Assembly (NCBI GenBank): GCA_002269645.1
Contig: NIVC01000300.1
Coordinates: 302,182-366,181 of the forward strand
Length of the DNA: 64,000 nucleotides
Direction of reading: 5' to 3'
DNA from: Macrostomum lignano
Lineage: Eukaryota
In this document: positions 47,052 through 60,392 of the stretch, piece by piece
Numbering within the stretch: position 1 is the stretch's first letter
Layout: every line of letters begins with the position of its first letter
Translations under genes and position numbers: made by a program
Notes under the pieces: model-generated
The model's input: only the letters and a program-made list of their open reading frames with translations
Database searches by the model: none
Told to the model about the DNA's origin: nothing

Positions 47052-47300
47052 GGCCCAGCAACTGAGGATCTGGGAGGCTGGCCCAGCAACTGAGGATCTG
47101 GGAGGCTGGCCCAGCAACTGACACTCTGGGAGGCTGGCCCAGCGACTGACACTCTGCGAGGCTCGCCCAGCAACTGACACTCTGGGAGGCTGGCCAGCAA
47201 CTGACACTCTGGGAGGCTGGCCAGCAACTGACACTCTGGGAGGCTGGCCAGCAACTGACACTCTGGGAGGCTGGCACAGGAACTGAGGATCTGTTGGTCT
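47052..47300 (+). repeat. 27/28-bp minisatellite (TGGGAGGCTGGCCCAGCAACTGACACTC)n, copy 2
   Basis: About 9 units; same family and orientation as 40730-41022. Confidence 0.92.
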
Positions 47301-48496
47301 ATACGCATCTCAGAAATAGTTATGAAAATCGAAAGACAGTTTTAGGTACACACAAAAGATTTCAAATAAAAAGTTCCAAAAAGAAAAGCACGCAGCTGGT
47401 CTTACTCGGGAGCAACACAAGGACAAAGCAACGGTTAAGATAACCCAGTGCAGTTGTAAATGTTTTAATCTGTGACTCTACTGCTGCAACTGGCATTATT
47501 AAATATGAATTATTTCCAGGGGCCAAACTTGCGCATTGGGTAGGTAGTACAGTAAGCTGCATAAAAGCGAGATTTCAGGCCACAACAGTTACCGTACATG
47601 CACTTTGTTTATTGACTTTGTACAAGCTGCAGAATTTTGGCACGCATTCAAAGCCTGCCCGCTTGCGCCTTTGCATTACTATCTACGCCAGGCTCTGGTA
47701 GAAATACGCAAGCGCGCTTGGGATTATGAAAGCAACCCGTTGCTAAGGGGAAGGGAGCAGAGAAGGTTAGTATGTGCGCAGGAGCAGTTAGCGGAATGGG
47801 CTGCAATCCTGCGAATATTTATGTTTATCATAACCAGTTGCTAAGACTCAGTTGGTGTAAATATCGCATGCATTCCCTCGATATCAGTGTACCTGTCACT
47901 GTGTGAATATTGAGTCACCTGTACAATAGATAATGGCCTGCAAAGCTTCTCGCCAACGCCGTTCGATATCAGTGGGGGGGCCAGAATTAGCGCAAGTGCA
48001 AATTAATCGACCCATACAAGAAAGAATATCCAGATCCAGATAAAACACAGACCTCATAACAGCCTACATTGTGCCCCACTGGTTGCTGTGACAGCCTTGT
48101 CAAACAAATTGTTGGCTATTCTCAATTGTTGAAGCCTAAAGTTAGCTGTTCAAAATGCCTCTTTCATCGAATTTCAGGGGTCAATGATCTGGTTAGTCTG
48201 CTTCGCGGACGATGAACAAGCTGTACGAGTGTGTCATTAAACGTTCAAATTGGGCTTAAAGTTTGATAAATTCGACAGCTTTTGCAAAAAGCGCTGATTT
48301 TGGCTTTGGAACTTGGGAATTTGCGCAGCAATCAACTGGTGCCTCACGGGGAATTGCAATCTTAACCAATTGAAGCAGGTTAAATTCGAATTTTTTGCTA
48401 CACTCAGATTTAAATGTATTGACCCACAAGCCCAGGGTGCTCAACTGTTGGAAAAGCAGCCTTCTTGGGCGCTGCACCGCCGCAAGTTAATGCGAC

Positions 48497-49303
48497 CGCC
48501 GCAGCCAGTCTGTGCAACACAGGTGTGCATGTCCTGACTTTCTCCCTGCCGCAGCCAGTCTGTGCAACACAGGTGTCCTGACTTTCTCCCCGCCGCAGCC
48601 AGTCTGTGCAACACAGGTGTGCATGTCCTGACTTTCTCCCTGCCGCAGCCAGTCTGTGCAACACAGGTGTGCATGTCCTGACTTTCTCCCTGCCGCAGCC
48701 AGTCTGTGCAACACAGGTGTCCTGACTTTCTCCCCGCCGCAGCCAGTCTGTGCAACACAGGTGTCCTGACTTTCTCCCCGCCGCAGCCAGTCTGTGCAAC
48801 ACAGGTGTGCATGTCCTGACTTTCTCCCCGCCGCAGCCAGTCTGTGCAACACAGGTGCCCTGACTTTCTCCCCGCCGCAGCCAGTCTGTGCAACACAGGT
48901 GTGCATGTCCTGACTTTCTCCCTGCCGCAGCCAGTCTGTGCAACACAGGTGTGCATGTCCTGACTTTCTCCCCGCCGCAGCCAGTCTGTGCAACACAGGT
49001 GTCCTGACTTTCTCCCCGCTGCAGCCAGTCTGTGCAACACAGGTGTGCATGTCCTGACTTTCTCCCCGCCGCAGCCAGTCTGTGCAACACAGGTGTGCAT
49101 GTCCTGACTTTCTCCCCGCCGCAGCCAGTCTGTGCAACACAGGTGTCCTGACTTTCTCCCCGCCGCAGCCAGTCTGTGCAACACAGGTGTGCATGTCCTG
49201 ACTTTCTCCCCGCCGCAGCCAGTCTGTGCAACACAGGTGTGCATGTCCTGACTTTCTCCCCGCCGCAGCCAGTCTGTGCAACACAGGTGTCCTGACTTTC
49301 TCA
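48497..49303 (+). repeat. 50/44-bp minisatellite (GCAGCCAGTCTGTGCAACACAGGTGT[GCATGT]CCTGACTTTCTCCCYGCC)n
   Basis: Two length variants differing by 6 bp, about 17 units. Confidence 0.95.
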
Positions 49304-52269
49304 CCGGTGAATATCGAACAGAGTCGAATCCTTGGACTTCAGAACAAGAGCTAGACGAGACACGATTGAGCTAATCTGCCTCCTAAAGCAGTTACTGAGT
49401 CAGACGATAGTGTCATGAGACTTACTTGCTATCCATGGAGTCTGGCAGATCTGTACTGTAGGCTTGATTTACTGCCATGCTGTGGCCATTTCTTTCAGAT
49501 TGAGAACTGCGTGCACAAACCTAAAGAGTACCTTACTCTCTGGGAGGTCTCTCACGGCCTGGCCTTGCCAACTAAATACGAAAAGCCAGTCTTCTTATCA
49601 GTTTCGCGCGCGAGCCTCGGCAAGATAAAAATTCGCCCAATGCAGAGCTAGAAGGTCTCAGCCAGCCTTGCACTTTGCTTAATCTCTGCACATGAGAGTG
49701 CACAAAGCAGAGCAACAGAGTCTGCTAAATACAGGCAAAACTCAAGTTCGAGTGTTCAGTAGACGCGTATATTGGTTAGCAAAAGTATACAATATTGATA
49801 CACTGTGCACTAAGGAGGAGGTGCATTACTAGACCACCAAAAAGCTACTAGAAAATGTTAATCTTGACCCATTTTTTAATTTTAAATGCTGATCCCTATA
49901 TATGTATATTTTCAAATCCGTTAAGGAGACATAAAAAGATATGTAACAAAAAATCGTTTTTTCAAAAAACTATAACTAATTAATAATGTTTTTGTTCTAA
50001 AGTCCTTTGAAAATACTTTGAAAATATAACACTAGGAATTATATAAAAATATAATAATGCACTGGTTATTGGTTCAGTAGATAAAAAACAAACTAATAAA
50101 AATAGAAAATTGCTAATGATATTTAAGAATATTAAATACTATTTAAACTAAATTAAATTTTAATCAAATAGTAACATCTAAACAAGCTTGCTTAATTAGA
50201 TGGTTATAAGTATTATTATTCTTGCAGAATTTTAAATAGATAGAATAATTAAATATAAAAGAATTTTAAATATAATAGAAGTAATAAGTTCAACAGTACT
50301 TCATAATAGGCTGTTTTAATTTTCTTTAAGTTTTATATCATTAGTCTTACTTTAATGACTTAAATAAAAGAAATATAATATATCTATATTATATATACAC
50401 TCTACATAATTGAATGGATAAAAAAATATCTTCAGTCACAAAGCCAAACTTTTAAATAAGCGTTAGCTTCTTAGGCCTGAGGATTAAAGCTGTAAAGAAT
50501 CTACTAGCTGTATGTCCAGGTACATTAATATACTTTTCTACATTCCAGAAAAAAATCATTAAAAAAAATCTATAAAATGAATAAATACTATAGGCTACAA
50601 AAGCTACTAAGTCTGTAATGAATGAGAAGAAGGTTAAACTTGTTAAAGTTTATAAGGCTTCATTTTCTATCAATCAAGCACGAGACTATACTGTAAGTAC
50701 AAATATAAAAACATCTTTTTGTGAGAGTCGAATTAATTATCGCTCTCTTTAGAAAGTACTTAGAGATTTAACTTTTATTTTAAACGTAAACTTTATAATT
50801 ACAATATTGTTAATACTGGCTGCTTTAGTTTCTAATTTGTTGAAAACTAAAGGACAATTTGTTAAAATTGTTATCATGAAAAAATCCGTTTAATATATAC
50901 TGTGTAAGCGTAATCTACCATTTGTAACTACTTTTTTATTAATTTTAAATGCCTACACTTTACATTAACGTAACATTAAGGCACAGCATAGCAAAAGATG
51001 AACATTGGGTATTTCCTCCTATCGAAAGCAATAACAACTTTTGTGCTGAAAAAATGAAAACTTCCTATCTCCATGGTGTACTTTTTCGAAAAAACCTGCT
51101 TCCTAAAATTTTTCCAGAAACGAGGTTTCCTGTTCTTCTACTTGAGTAGTCCTTGGTAATTTCATGTCAGTCAAAGCTGAAGCAGTAAGTAACATGCGGA
51201 GACTGAAAAATTGCGCGCCAGAAGGACAGAGAATAGGCCGGAAAATTGCGGAGGTACACAACATAAGTAGCTGTTACTTTGTAAATTACCGAGCTGAATC
51301 GATTGGAGTTTCTTTTGCTATGCTGTGCTGGATGGTCTGTCATGTATTGAGAAAAAATCTAACCAAAAATTTTGTCTTTTTTCTGCTTTCCCATGTTTGC
51401 CCGCCGGCAGCAATGCAGCATGCAAATTCAAGAAGAGGAGAACCTGAGAAGCGGCAGGTGCGCCAGTTCGCATGCGGATGGGGAGAAACTGTGCATTTTA
51501 ACATTTCTAGCAATTTAGAAGATAAAAGAAAAAACGAAAGAAAACCGAACCCACGCATGCCGCTTTGCCGAGCAGCGCGGCGGGAGAGGCGAGGGATGAC
51601 GGGGCGGAGCGGAGATGGGAGCCGGCACTCACGAGCGGCAGGAAGAGGGAGAGAAAGGGACAACGGCTGTTTGCATTTTACAAGGGAGGCAAAACAAATC
51701 TTAAACATAGAGAGCAGCTTTGCCTGCAATTTTCAAGCAGTTGTGAGCACTGAGCAGCAGGGGGTTCGAGAGCTTTGCTGGACGATTAATAACACAGCTA
51801 GCCGGGCCATCTGCGCGCGCTGCAAGCAGAAAACAGCGAATATCTGATGTCTCAGAAAATCGAAAAGAAAATCGTTAACGAGTTTGAGATTTGCTGAGGC
51901 CCGCGACTGCAGGTGGTTCCTGCGCTGCAGCTGCAATTCATGGGTTCTTCAGCTCGCTGCTTTTCATTCCCTGTGCTGCGTTTCGCGTTTCCCCTATGCA
52001 TTGGGAGTACCTGATCGATCATCATCATCAATTCAGCTTCTTCAGCACCTGAGCCGCTCAATTTTCTGATAATAGACACAAATATTTTTTCACTTATGTA
52101 CACGTACCTGTAAATGTTTTTGGTGATGTATAACATGTATAATGCATTTTTTATGGTCTTTATAATAGTAACCAAATTAACAAAGTCCAATCTTGAACTT
52201 TCAGAATTTGAATACGTAGCTTTTGGGTGAACATTCAACGTAAATTGCAGGGTGTGGTTATGAGCAGCG

Positions 52270-53005
52270 AGATTCCCACCGAGATTTCCCCCGAGATTTG
52301 CCCCCCGAGATTTGCTCCTCCCGAGATTTGCTCCCTCGAGATTTGCCCCCCGAGATTTGCTCCCCCCGAGATTTGCTCCTCCCGAGATTTGCTCCCCCGA
52401 GATTTGCTCCCCCCGAGATTTGCTCCCCCCGAGATTTCCTCCCGAGATTTGCTCCTCCCGAGATTTGCTCCCCCGAGATTTGCTCCCCCCGAGATTTGCT
52501 CCCCCCGAGATTTGCTCCTCCCGAGATTTGCTCCCCCGAGATTTGCTCCCCCCGAGATTTGCTCCTCCCGAGATTTGCTCCCCCAGAGATTTGCTCCCCC
52601 GAGATTTGCTCCCCCGAGATTTGCTCCCCCCCCGAGATTTGCTCCCCCGAGATTTCCCACCTCCCCGATCGAGATTTGCCCGCCGAGATTTGCCCGCCGA
52701 GATTTGCCCGCCGAGATTTGCCCGCCGAGATTTGCCCACCGAGATTTGCCCGCCGAGATTTGCCCGCCGAGATTTGCCCACCGAGATTTGCCCTCCCCCC
52801 GAGATTTGCTCCCCCCGAGATTTGCCCTCCCCCCGAGATTTCTCCCCGAGATTTGCTCCCCCCCGAGATTTGCCCTCCCCCCGAGATTTCCCCCGAGATT
52901 TGCTCCCCCGAGATTTGCCCTCCCCCGAGATTTCCCCCCGAGATTTGCTCCCCCGAGATTTGCCCTCCCCCGAGATTTGCTCTTCCCGAGATTTGCTCCC
53001 CCGAA
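52270..53005 (+). repeat. GAGATTTGC(T)CCCC-based 14-16-bp minisatellite
   Basis: Tandem units with variable C-runs. Confidence 0.92.
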
Positions 53006-53639
53006 TTTTCTCCACTTTCAGTAGTCCATGAACTGCCGCCTGCCGCATGCTGTCTCGCCAATACGATTGGGAAATCGATAAAAAATCCCCGTGCAATTCG
53101 TGGGGATATTGCCTAAATAGAAATCTCTCTTGCGTGCATAAGAGGATCTTTTGCCCAGAGCAGAGCGTTGTCCTTCAAATCCCAATCCCATCCCCTCAAG
53201 CTAAAGAAGGGGGCTTGTTCGTCTTCGATATCATCCCCCAGGTGCGTTGGGGCAATTTTCACGTTCCCAACCTACCTGTATGTGTGGATAATACGTAGTC
53301 AGCACGTAGTCAGCAAACGGGGCAGACAAAAGAAGAAGGATGAGTCACTGGACTCAGTCTGTCAAAGTCTTCTCCGGTGTGTCAGTTGGAATCGGAGGGA
53401 ATTCGATGTCATTGGGAAAGTTGAGAAGGGAGACGATTGCGCAATGAATGGAGTTTGTTGGTTGAGAGTTGGGAGCAAAGGGAACTCTGTAGGGTGAGCG
53501 CTTCATCTAGAGACGGGTCTTGCAGCTTGAGCACTCATACTAACCCGACAGCACGGCAGCCCTTGTTTTGGGGCTTGAGCTAAATGCTCAGAGATCACCC
53601 GATCCTCATGGGTCTCATGACGTCCTTCCTTCAACGGAA

Positions 53640-54088
53640 TGTCACTGATCCTGATGTGGTTTTTCAATAGACTGTCACTGATCCTGATGTGGATTTTCAA
53701 TAGACTGTCACTGATCCTCGGTTGGATTTTCAATAGACTGTCACTGGACACTGATCCTCATGTGGATTTTCAATAGACTGTCACTGATCCTCATGTGGAT
53801 TTTCAATAGACTGTCACTGATCCTCGGTTGGATTTTCAATAGACTGTCACTGGACACTGATCCTCATGTGGATTTTCAATAGACTGTCACTGATCCTCGG
53901 TTGGATTTTCAATAGACTGTCACTGGACACTGATCCTCATGTGGATTTTCAATAGACTGTCACTGATCCTCGGTTGGATTTTCAATAGACTGTCACTGGA
54001 CACTGATCCTCATGTGGATTTTCAATAGACTGTCACTGATCCTCGGTTGGATTTTCAATAGACTGTCACTGGACACTGATCCTCATGA
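53640..54088 (+). repeat. 33/40-bp minisatellite forming a 73-bp dimeric higher-order repeat
   Basis: TCCTCGG recurs at 53821, 53894, 53967 and 54040. Confidence 0.9.
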
Positions 54089-54435
54089 TCAGCAGCAGAA
54101 GTTCATCGATCTACTAATTGCCTAAAATGCAATTCCTTGTTCCCGAATCCCGCACGGCTGTCTATCAAAGATGAGGCCAATGCTTTGCACAATCTTCACA
54201 CGGCTTGTACATAATGTTTAGTTGCTCACTCGATTCGATTGCGGCCGTGCAAGCCTCTTTATAATATACAGATCTGTTTATTTAGCTTGGGGCTGGGCTC
54301 TGAACAGTTGCGAGAGAAAACAACGCACAGATTGTATAGGCAATGGGGAGTTTCATCTGTGTTTTGGGCCGAGTGCGTGCGTGTGGCGACTTGAGACGTG
54401 CAAATCATGGGGAGGCGGTCGCCCAGCCCGCTCTT

Positions 54436-54540
54436 CTAATTGGCTGCCAGCGCCAAGGCTGGGTGGGGGTTGGGCCGCAATGGTCGGGGCGGCTATTTTA
54501 AAGCTGTATAAAACTTTTTGGCCCCAACCAAATTCAATTC
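54436..54540 (+). promoter_or_regulatory. Putative Pol II core promoter (reverse CCAAT, GC box, TATA, Inr)
   Basis: ATTGG at 54439-54443, GGGGCGG at 54486-54492, TATAAAA at 54507-54513 and Inr-like TCAATTC at 54534-54540. The Inr A lies 29 nt from the TATA T. Confidence 0.55.
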
Positions 54541-54623
54541 TGCCGTGCCACCTACACGCTTCTACCAAAGGACTCTTCCACTTCCAGCCTTCTGCAGAAG
54601 CCATCAACTTTCCTAGAAGCAAG

Positions 54624-54722
54624 ATGATGCCAATGGTCTCGCCCGTAACCTTGAACAACGAGAACAACATGGCAATGAGCCAGAGCCGGGACAGCGTAAA
54701 CACCTGCGGCGGAGAGGACGAG
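54624..54722 (+). CDS. Probable first (or internal) coding exon of a plus-strand gene of unknown product
   Basis: AAGATG start in good context, GC3-rich codons (MMPMVSPVTLNNENNMAMSQSRDSVNTCGGEDE) and a strong donor GAG|GTGAGC. No downstream exon was confidently found in the window. Confidence 0.55.
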
Positions 54723-54839
54723 GTGAGCCAATTTGATTTGCAAATAGAAAAATTAACAATGCAATGCTAAGTCTCCCCTGTCTTAATCTGACTGTCTGTC
54801 TTAGAGAGTCTGTCTGTCTGTGAAAAAATCTGTCTCAAG

Positions 54840-55232
54840 TCCTGTCTGTCTGTCCCAAGGCTTGTCGACTGTCTGTCCGGCTGTCCCAAGGCCAGTCTGT
54901 CCAAGGCCAGTCTGTCCCAAGGCCTGTCTGTCCCAAAGCCTGTCTGTCCCAAGGCCTGTCTGTCCCAAGGCCTGTCTGTCCCAAGGCCTGTCTGTCCCAA
55001 GGCCTGTCTGTCCCAAGGCCTGTCTGTCCCAAGGCCTGTCTGTCCCAAGGCCTGTCTGTCCCAAGGCCTGTCTGTCCCAAGGCCTGTCTGTCCCAAGGCC
55101 TGTCTGTCCCAAGGCTTGTCTGTCCCAAGGCCTGTCTGTCCCAAGGCCTGTCTGTCCCAAGGCTTGTCTGTCCCAAGGCCTGTCTGTCCCAAGGCCTGTC
55201 TGTCCCAAGGCTTGTCTGTCCCAAGGCTTCCC
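54840..55232 (+). repeat. 16-bp minisatellite (CCTGTCTGTCCCAAGG)n
   Basis: About 24 units. Confidence 0.93.
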
Positions 55233-57871
55233 AAGTTAAACTCTAAAATGTTGTTTATTTTAATATCTTCCTAGACGTTTGCAAACCTCTGAATGGCATT
55301 TGAAAGAAGACAAGCCCTTAACAGTTTTCCCACACCAAGGGGAGCGCATTTATGACTGGGGTCCGGGCCAGTGTAACATCTGGAATCGAAGAAGCTTGCT
55401 GGATTCTGTTTGCTTTTACTTGTCAATTTTTTGGGGTGGAAAAATGGTTTATTAGAGCCCGCGATATGGGCCCTAGATAGGAAGGCTGGGTCCCCGGGTC
55501 TTTGTCCCAGAAGGGGAAGCAAAGTAGTATTAGATATCCCCTTCAGTTCTCGTCTCCCCAGTTCTGCAGTCCCGCTCTCAACACACAAGACGCTATCGTT
55601 TGTATGGAGTTCTAATTTCTACATTTCAGACTGTACTCAATATTTTTCTCTCTAATAAAACTACCGAATTCTAAGCCTAGTAGTCCATAACCAGAGTCCC
55701 TTTCAAGTCAGTCAGGCTGTGTGCAACCAGTGGAAAATTCCCATGCAACACAAAGCAAAGAGGTGGGAAATTCTTTACACATTTACAATGCGATTTCTAA
55801 CAAATGACGTCATTTTCTAAAAATAGCAACACGAGATCGATCGTTTTAGGAAAAAGGGGGTTGGTTTACACCGTCCCGGGCCCGCCTAGACAGAGGGGCC
55901 ATTCAAAGTTCAGACTAATTTTTATAGTGTACTTTTAAATCAAGACAGAAATAAAAAGCCAGTTAGTCTTTATCACAAAGACTTGGAATTCTATATATAG
56001 CTACATAGAAGAATAGGACAAAGACAAGGACAGGACAGAACGGAAATTTTTCAGTTTGACAGAAAGGTTGAGGCCACCAAGTGCTGAAGTGTCTACATTT
56101 CCCCATTGGTGAATGCTTAATTTTTTGTCTGCAGGACATTGTGTGCTGGGCAGACGAATGTATTTGGCCAGCAACTAATTTGAGCAGCAATTAGTTAGCA
56201 GGCGAGCCGGTGCTGAAAGTTTTATGCCAGGAAGGCAAGCGCCATATTGAGCTGAGCACTCTGGCCGCTGTGCCCCCACAAAAATATGAACAGATACAGC
56301 AGAGCTTGTTTCAGCTGGGCTTTTGCACTCAAGAGGCCCCGTCTGCTACCGCTGCTGCTGCCGCCCCGTCAGCCCTCCGTCACCAATATTCCGCCACTAG
56401 TTTCCAGCTTCCTCTCATCATCAACCTGCCCGGTTCTCGCATCCATTGTTCAGCTTCTCTGGGTGGAATGGGGTGGAAACAGCGGACTTGCGACTTGGGG
56501 AAACGTGGGCGGGGTGAGGGGAGAATCTCCCTTGTTCCCCCACTCTAACTCCGCTTCCACAGTTACTGACTGACTGGGGAACAAATTAATTTCTGATATT
56601 CCCCATCCTCAGTCTGTGCCAGGACGAGACCGGTTGGTACAGTAGAGGACAGCCACAACATTGCAGTTCTGTCTTTTTGTAGCATTTTTTGCTCCCTTCG
56701 GATGAATGAAACCTGCTTGCTTGCTTTTGAAAAATCCCCCCCTTTTGATTGAAATTTGAAAGTCGCTGACAATGCCTTTCAGCAGGTCCAGCAGGCAGAA
56801 TTGTCTGGCATAACAGGAAGCAGATCAATGATTTCAAATAATTTTATCATCATATTTTTCCAAGGAAATGAAGCCCTGTCGATCCCCTGCTGAAATTCGA
56901 GTCCATTTCTGCTTTCGTGAGCAATCGGCCCGGGGAAAACTGCTTAATTAAAGCATTCCCACTCCCAAGTTTCCATCGGGTTCTTGCTGGACTGTTTACT
57001 GCGAGATGCTTTCCATATTGAAGAAGATCTGCTCATCTTTTTTGCTTGTCCGTTGAAACTGGAGATCGTCATTTAATTCCTTAATAAAGACTCAAGAGTA
57101 TTGAGTTTAAAAAGCTTTTGTTTTAATGACGGTCGGTTTCGAGGAAACATGCTCAGTCGCGATTGCATTAGCATTGATATTTATTGGGCAAAGGATCTAC
57201 CTGGCTTTCACCTCGGCATCACCTCATCTCCCTCTTCCCACAGATCCTTTGAGCCCTCAGCCCTCCCCTGCGCGCCCTTTGTCTCCGGAGGCTGCCTCTC
57301 CGCTAATGAGGAAGGTGGGGAGCCTAGCGGCCTCCTTCCTGCCCTTGCCGTCCGTCAGAATCGATACTTCAGTGGGATTGTGGGGGCTTGGGGAGACTCC
57401 TCAGGCACCCGCGAGTCGATACAGAACTCCTTTCCAGCCACCCCCACCTTGGCCTCTCCATTCTCCTCATTTCTTTTCTCTCTAGCACGAATTTCCCTAA
57501 AACAAAGATCTATTCAGCAGATCCACGCGGATTCGGCCCTAAGGCTATTTTTCGGGATAGCGGATTTTTTTCCACTGACTGGGGGATGAGGGGTGCGTAG
57601 CTTTTTTGTCTCTCTTTCGCAAAAATTTCACCGTGACTAATTTTCCCGCTCGGGAACTCTGAATGCGCGGGGAAATGCTAATGGCTTCTAAACTGCAGAT
57701 TGCTCCGCTGCCGTTCACCTGCCCGCTGCCCAAAGGCTGCGTGAGAATCAGTTCAGCTCGCTGATCCCGAATCCCTTCCGGCGCTTCATCATTGATCTCA
57801 TCCTACTAAATGAGCTTGGGTGCGGTTTGAGCAGCCTGAGGGAGTGAAACCAATAATGCGGCCATCTCTGG

Positions 57872-57907
57872 CTATCTATCTATCTATCTATCTATCTGTC
57901 TATCTAC

Positions 57908-57953
<46 letters not shown>

Positions 57954-57967
57954 GTCTATCTATCTAC

Positions 57968-58066
<99 letters not shown>

Positions 58067-58067
58067 C

Positions 58068-58117
<50 letters not shown>

Positions 58118-58118
58118 G

Positions 58119-58195
<77 letters not shown>

Positions 58196-58238
58196 ATATT
58201 TATCTATATATCTATCTATCTATCTATCTATCATCTAT
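57872..58238 (+). repeat. (TATC)n microsatellite
   Basis: Direct reading. Confidence 0.95.
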
Positions 58239-59574
58239 AAACTATCGACAAGGGCGTATCGGTCAGTCGGATTTGCCATCCATTCGGCCCCGCCCAAAGG
58301 CTGCCCCAGCAGAGCCCCGCCCAGAGTCCGGGCAGGCGGGTGAACCGACAGCAAAGATCGAACCTGCGCGCGGGTTTTTAGGGCGGGGCCGTTCTGTATC
58401 GAGGGCGAGGGCGAGGGCGAGGGAGGACGGAGGAGAGACGGGCGACTCCCTTTGTTGCCACAGCTCGAGACGGCTTGACCGGGGTTCGGATGAGGATAAA
58501 TATCCCATTCGCCGCAGCTAAGCAGGCAGGTGCATGACGATGAGTCTTTAATCCCCCCTTTTCCCGATTCCCCCGCCACCCGAAAGCCCCAGCCGCCCGC
58601 CCCTAATCTCAGCCCATCTGTAAGACGGCCTTAGCAGCACGCAACGCGAGGCCTTCAATTCAGCCGGAACGGCAGCGACTTGCTTAAATCCATTTCTAGC
58701 CACGGAATCCCCCCCCCCTTACTTTCCTTCCCAGCCTCCTGCTTTCCCCTCTGAAGTCAGCTCATACCTGCTATTTATAATTAGCGCTCAGAACTCGGAG
58801 CTGCAGCAGGCAGCAGCTGCCGCCGCGCTCCGTGGCCCGGGGATCGGGGAGTTTGAAACTCGGCGAGGGGATTTTCGAGAATGAAAGCGAGCGGATTTGC
58901 CTTCCCTGCCGCCCGCCACCGGCGCAGCCCAGCCGCTTTTAACAAGAGACGCAAGAGGCCATCGGTTTCGGGGGTGGGGGGGGAGTGCCGAAAGATAAAA
59001 GGAGTTGGAAAGGAGGGGGCCCGGACTCTGATGGGGCGCCCAGCTTCTCTAATTTGCGGCTTTCCCTTCGCCCGGCTCCCTGCACTCGCAAAGGCTCAGA
59101 TTTGGCTTTGAGAGTCGATGCAGTGGCGCAGGATGAGGCTGGGGATGCTGACTGACTGACTGACTCGATTCTGAGGCTCGCCACTCGCCTGTAGTTTTCG
59201 CCAGGGCCCCTCCACTGCCTCTCTCACTAATTGTACCTCATCAGCGGCCTGGCGGGGTGGGGCCTCGACTCTCTCGTGCTCAAGGGGGCTTAGATGAGGT
59301 GGAGGGGATGGGGGAACACGTGTGAGGCGGCCGTATACAGCAAGTGTGCTCAGCCTTGTCCAGTCCTGTCCGATCTCGAACAGCCTTTCGCCTCGTCTTC
59401 CTTGCATTCGCAGTCCTGTCCCACCCTGTCTGAGTGGCCCTGCGAGTTTGTCAGGGCTGGCTTCTCATATCTGCGACTGGGATGCTCAACTTGGCAATAA
59501 CTGTTCTGCGGGGGGGGGGACTGGCAGCGTAGGGTTTATGGCGAAGGAAATTTGCTTCGGGCCCTTAACTCCGC

Positions 59575-60000
59575 AGTCCTCAGATCCCGAGTCCTCAGAT
59601 CCCGAGTCCTCAGATCCCGAGTCCTCAGATCCCGAGTCCTCAGATCCCGAGTCCTCAGATCCCGAATCCTCAAATCCCGAGTCCTCAGATCAAGAGTCCT
59701 CTAATCCCGAAGATCCGGAGTCCTCAGATCCTGAGTACTCAAACCCTTAAAGTCCTCAAATCCCGAGTCCTTAGATCAGGAGTCTTTAATCCCGAGTCCT
59801 CAGATTCCGAGTCCTCAAATCCCGAATCCTCAAATCCCGAGTCCTCAGATCTCGAGTCCTCAGATCCCGAGTCTTCAAATCCGGAATCTGTAAATCCCGA
59901 GTCCTCAGCTCCGGAGTCTCTAATCCGGAGTCCTCAGATCCGGAGTCTCTAATCCCGAGTCCCAGTCCTTACAACCGAAGTCCTCAAAATCCCGAGTCTT
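59575..60000 (+). repeat. 15-bp minisatellite (CCGAGTCCTCAGATC)n, decaying rightward
   Basis: Tandem units. Confidence 0.88.
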
Positions 60001-60191
60001 AAAATTCTGATTCTCAAATAGCAAATGCTGAGTCTTCAAGTCCATAAAAATTTTCAGACCTAAAATCCTCAAATTCCGATGCCAGATTCCGAGTCCTGAA
60101 AATTAAACATTCATTTTTTACTGCTTACATACTTCGGAATTCACAAACGCAATTTGTTAGTAATGCTATAAAAATATGTATGCTGCACTGC

Positions 60192-60392
60192 CATGCTCAG
60201 ACCAAGACTCAGTAACCCATGCTCAGCCCAGGACTCAGTAACCCCATGCTCAGCCCAGGACTAGTAACCCCATGCTCAGCCCAGGACTCAGTAACCCCAT
60301 GCTCAGCCCAGGACTCAGTAACCCCATGCTCAGACCAGGACTCAGTAACCCCATGCTCAGCCCAGGACTCAGTAACCCCATGCTCAGCCCAG
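60192..60392 (+). repeat. 27-bp minisatellite (CTCAGTAACCCCATGCTCAGCCCAGGA)n
   Basis: About 7 units. Confidence 0.88.

Noticed and set aside
52005-52075. Minus-strand segment ending GATCAG|GTACTC as an upstream anoctamin exon
   Set aside because: The donor is weak and the frame cannot join the start exon in coding phase; it could be a UTR exon, but nothing in the sequence establishes that.
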